Part shown: piece by piece, positions 61,801 through 64,000 of the stretch
How the letters are laid out: every line of letters begins with the position of its first letter
Numbering within the stretch: position 1 is the stretch's first letter
Source: Antedon mediterranea
Lineage: Eukaryota > Animalia > Echinodermata
Direction of reading: 5' to 3'
Length of the DNA stretch: 64,000 bases
NCBI RefSeq assembly: GCF_964355755.1
Contig: NC_092673.1
Location: 21,325,648-21,389,647, forward strand
The notes under the pieces: generated by a model
Told to the model about the DNA's origin: nothing
Seen by the model: only the letters and a program-made list of their open reading frames with translations
Database searches by the model: none
Translations under genes and position numbers: made by a program

Positions 61801-64000
61801 TACAGAATTCTCCGATTATGTCATCACTCTCTACTTCTCCATCGTAGACGATTATTGTGTCAGATTGACACAACGCATCACTTGGTATATCAAAGTCCAG
61901 AAAAGTGAGTCGAATAAAACTAGAGCTTGATGGACTTTCGATGTACCAGGTGCAACGACTGCCGGGTGAATAGTCAAATGGATAATTGAACGTAGAAAAT
62001 GTGGCATCAGCAAGATTGCATTCGACGTTTGATTCGTAAGTTATAACATGACAACCGGGTGTTTCTGTAAAATATAAATTTGAAGCAATGCCTTATATTA
62101 TATGAACTCCAATTTTATGATTGATTTTATAAATAATTTATCATAAAACTTTCTAGAAAATTCCAAATTGGAATTGTGCAACATGTTTCAGCTTCTGTGT
62201 AGTTGTTAAAATAACAGCCCTTAAACGAAATCTTAGTACTTACTTACTTTCGTTTTTATTTTACAATGCATTAACTTGATTACAGATTAATTTAAAGAAT
62301 TAAATAAAAGATGCAAAGCCTAGACCAAAAGACCAAATAAGCTCAAGAGAGCTTTAAACCTGGTTTCACCAGAACAAAATAATTACTAATAATAATTGTA
62401 TCAAATAATAACAATACATAGATTTAAGTAAATAAGGTCAGACAAGTAGTAGTAATAATATAAAAATATAAACATATAAGAAAAAACAGTGTTTAGTACA
62501 GTAAATAGTTTAGGAGCGATTGGGAAAATTGCGTTTGCTTTATTGAGAACCAATCGTAAACGTGTTTCTTTAGAGGGAACCGGTCATAGAGGATCTGTGC
62601 TTACCGCAGTTTCTTTCGTCTCGTTCATCTGAACAATCGTAATTACCATCACAATGACGGGATATTTGCACAACAGTAGCATCACCACATGTTACTAAAT
62701 CATTACAAGAATAAATTAAATAAAATTAAAGTAATAATTATATATTTCCTGAAAAAAATAATAATGTTATTCACTGCGAAATGGGTCTTAATCAATGGTA
62801 TTAAACGCAATTGTACTTAAAATACCATAAAAATATTCTTAAATAAAGATTTTTTGTAATGCAAATAATAAAATGGCAATCTAATAATATGGCAATATAT
62901 TTTGTATATGAACCATAAAAGTTGTAATAATTAATAAGCAGTAAATTCAGCTTTACCAAGTGCTCGATAAAATGAGCGGTATCACGTCTACCTACCAAAA
63001 CAACCTGCAGTATTGCGTCTTCTGACAGTAATCTTCATCCCATGTGATAGTTTAGTAGAGTAAGATATTATTTAGAGGGTTAGGTTAAGTTAATATTTAG
63101 GAGTTATGTGCTATCGTATGGGCCTGTTGCCGTCATCAGACACGATACTGTGGGATGTATATTGACACTAGACATGGTATCATACGAGGATCGACTGTAT
63201 CTTAAAAATAGACTGAAGTATGTCAACATAAAGACAAGCTTTAAGTTAGACTTTTCTCGATAAAAATAACACAAAATAATGTTACCACAGTTGCCCTCAT
63301 CTTGCCCATCTTTACAGTCCAAAATATGATCACATACTTGTGCTGAAGGCAGACATCGGCCATCATCCGTGCACTGATATTCGTTCTCTCCACAAGCTAT
63401 ATTGAACCATATATTGGTTGTAATGTATACATTTTAAACTCTAATAGCACAACGTAAGAACTAAAATAAGGAAACTACAAGTTACGGCTTCCAGTTAAAG
63501 ATGTATTGTCCCCCAAAAAATCAGACTTTGAATAGTCAATTTTGCAGATTTAATCAAGTTAATCACTTGTAAAAAGATCAAATAAACGGTTAAACTTAAC
63601 CAAAAAATTATTGATTTGATAATTTGACTATTTTTTGCTTTTAATTTTAGTTTTTTAAGGTATATATATATATTTTTTTTTTTTTCGATCCCCATTTTTT
63701 TGGTAAAAGTGAATAACTATTATGTAGGCCTAACAATAAAATTGCATATTCAACAAAAACATGTAAAACAATTATTTTTTCAGAGGGACAATACATCTTT
63801 AATGTATACATGTAAAATTAGTATTATCTATAAGCATAACGTTTGAACGACAAGGTCAATATAGAAAACAAAAATGAACGGCTGCCGATGGATAATTTGC
63901 TTTGCTAATTCTTACGGAAAGTTAAAGACAAGTTGGCAAAAACTATACCTGGATTGGAAACATAAGCATCCTCCCACACGCTCTCACTAACTCCCTTATC
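52209..64000 (-). CDS. GRL101: GRL101-like LDLa/LRR-containing GPCR with CUB, C-type lectin and C-terminal kinase-like segment; at least 1316 aa, 5' end outside window
   Basis: 24 phase-consistent GT-AG exons (3951 nt). Linker >64000-63949. LDLa 63396-63286 and 62694-62605. CUB 62064-61654. CTL 61475-61269, 61028-60941, 60704-60553. Linker 59940-59887. LDLa 59028-58918, 58428-58318, 57967-57851, 57445-57332, 57161-57015, 56866-56750, 56440-56324. LRRNT 56176-56065. LRR 55774-55664 plus four 72-nt LRR exons 55360-55289, 55205-55134, 54897-54826, 54592-54521. Hinge+7TM 54253-53226 ([48 protein letters not shown]). Tail 52826-52546 and 52340-52209 (TAA). Confidence 0.92.
53226..54253 (-). CDS. 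GRL101: 7TM-encoding exon of the GRL101-like receptor
   Basis: LGR hinge SSCEDLM and seven hydrophobic segments; donor CAA A|gtgagt at 53226/53225. Confidence 0.95.
58618..58660. mobile_element. Putative P-superfamily footprint, same family as the one at 15000
   Basis: CAGCAAT-[CATAGAGATATAACTATAATATCTCTATG]-CAGAAAT. The right 17 nt are the exact reverse complement of the left arm at 15000. Confidence 0.7.
59391..59799. repeat. ~200-bp tandem duplication in a GRL101-like intron
   Basis: 59391-59591 and 59592-59799 are colinear (tagtttaattgc..gacctcca..cggcaaatat..ggaaatcg..aaatgtatt). Confidence 0.9.
63495..63802. mobile_element. Kolobok-like TTAA MITE (family A)
   Basis: TTAAAGATGTATTGTCCC ... 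GGGACAATACATCTTTAA. Confidence 0.8.

Overview
AT-rich, intron-rich metazoan genomic DNA, most consistent with a marine invertebrate deuterostome such as an echinoderm (inference only). Four protein-coding genes were reconstructed by hand from splice sites and reading frames. (1) The 3' part of an SLC28/CNT nucleoside transporter (+, 1-7644). (2) An invertebrate D1-like dopamine receptor with an intronless CDS (-, 22349-23725) and probable distant non-coding 5' exons. (3) A mindin/spondin-2-like secreted protein (+, 47465-51275). (4) The 3' part of a large GRL101-like LGR receptor (-, 24 exons, 52209 to beyond 64000) with architecture LDLa x2 - CUB - C-type lectin - LDLa x7 - LRR - 7TM, followed by two in-frame exons encoding a degenerate protein-kinase-like C-lobe. 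The rest is LINE relics, MITEs, Helentron-like elements and minisatellites. The most notable observations are the GPCR-pseudokinase tail fusion and a family of 20-36 bp CA...TG palindromes with 7-bp target duplications that match the geometry of P-element-superfamily excision footprints, including a doubled footprint at one site. Also notable are concerted cysteine losses in the spondin and loss of the conserved HP1 glutamate in the CNT. No database searches were run; all homology calls come from recognised motifs.
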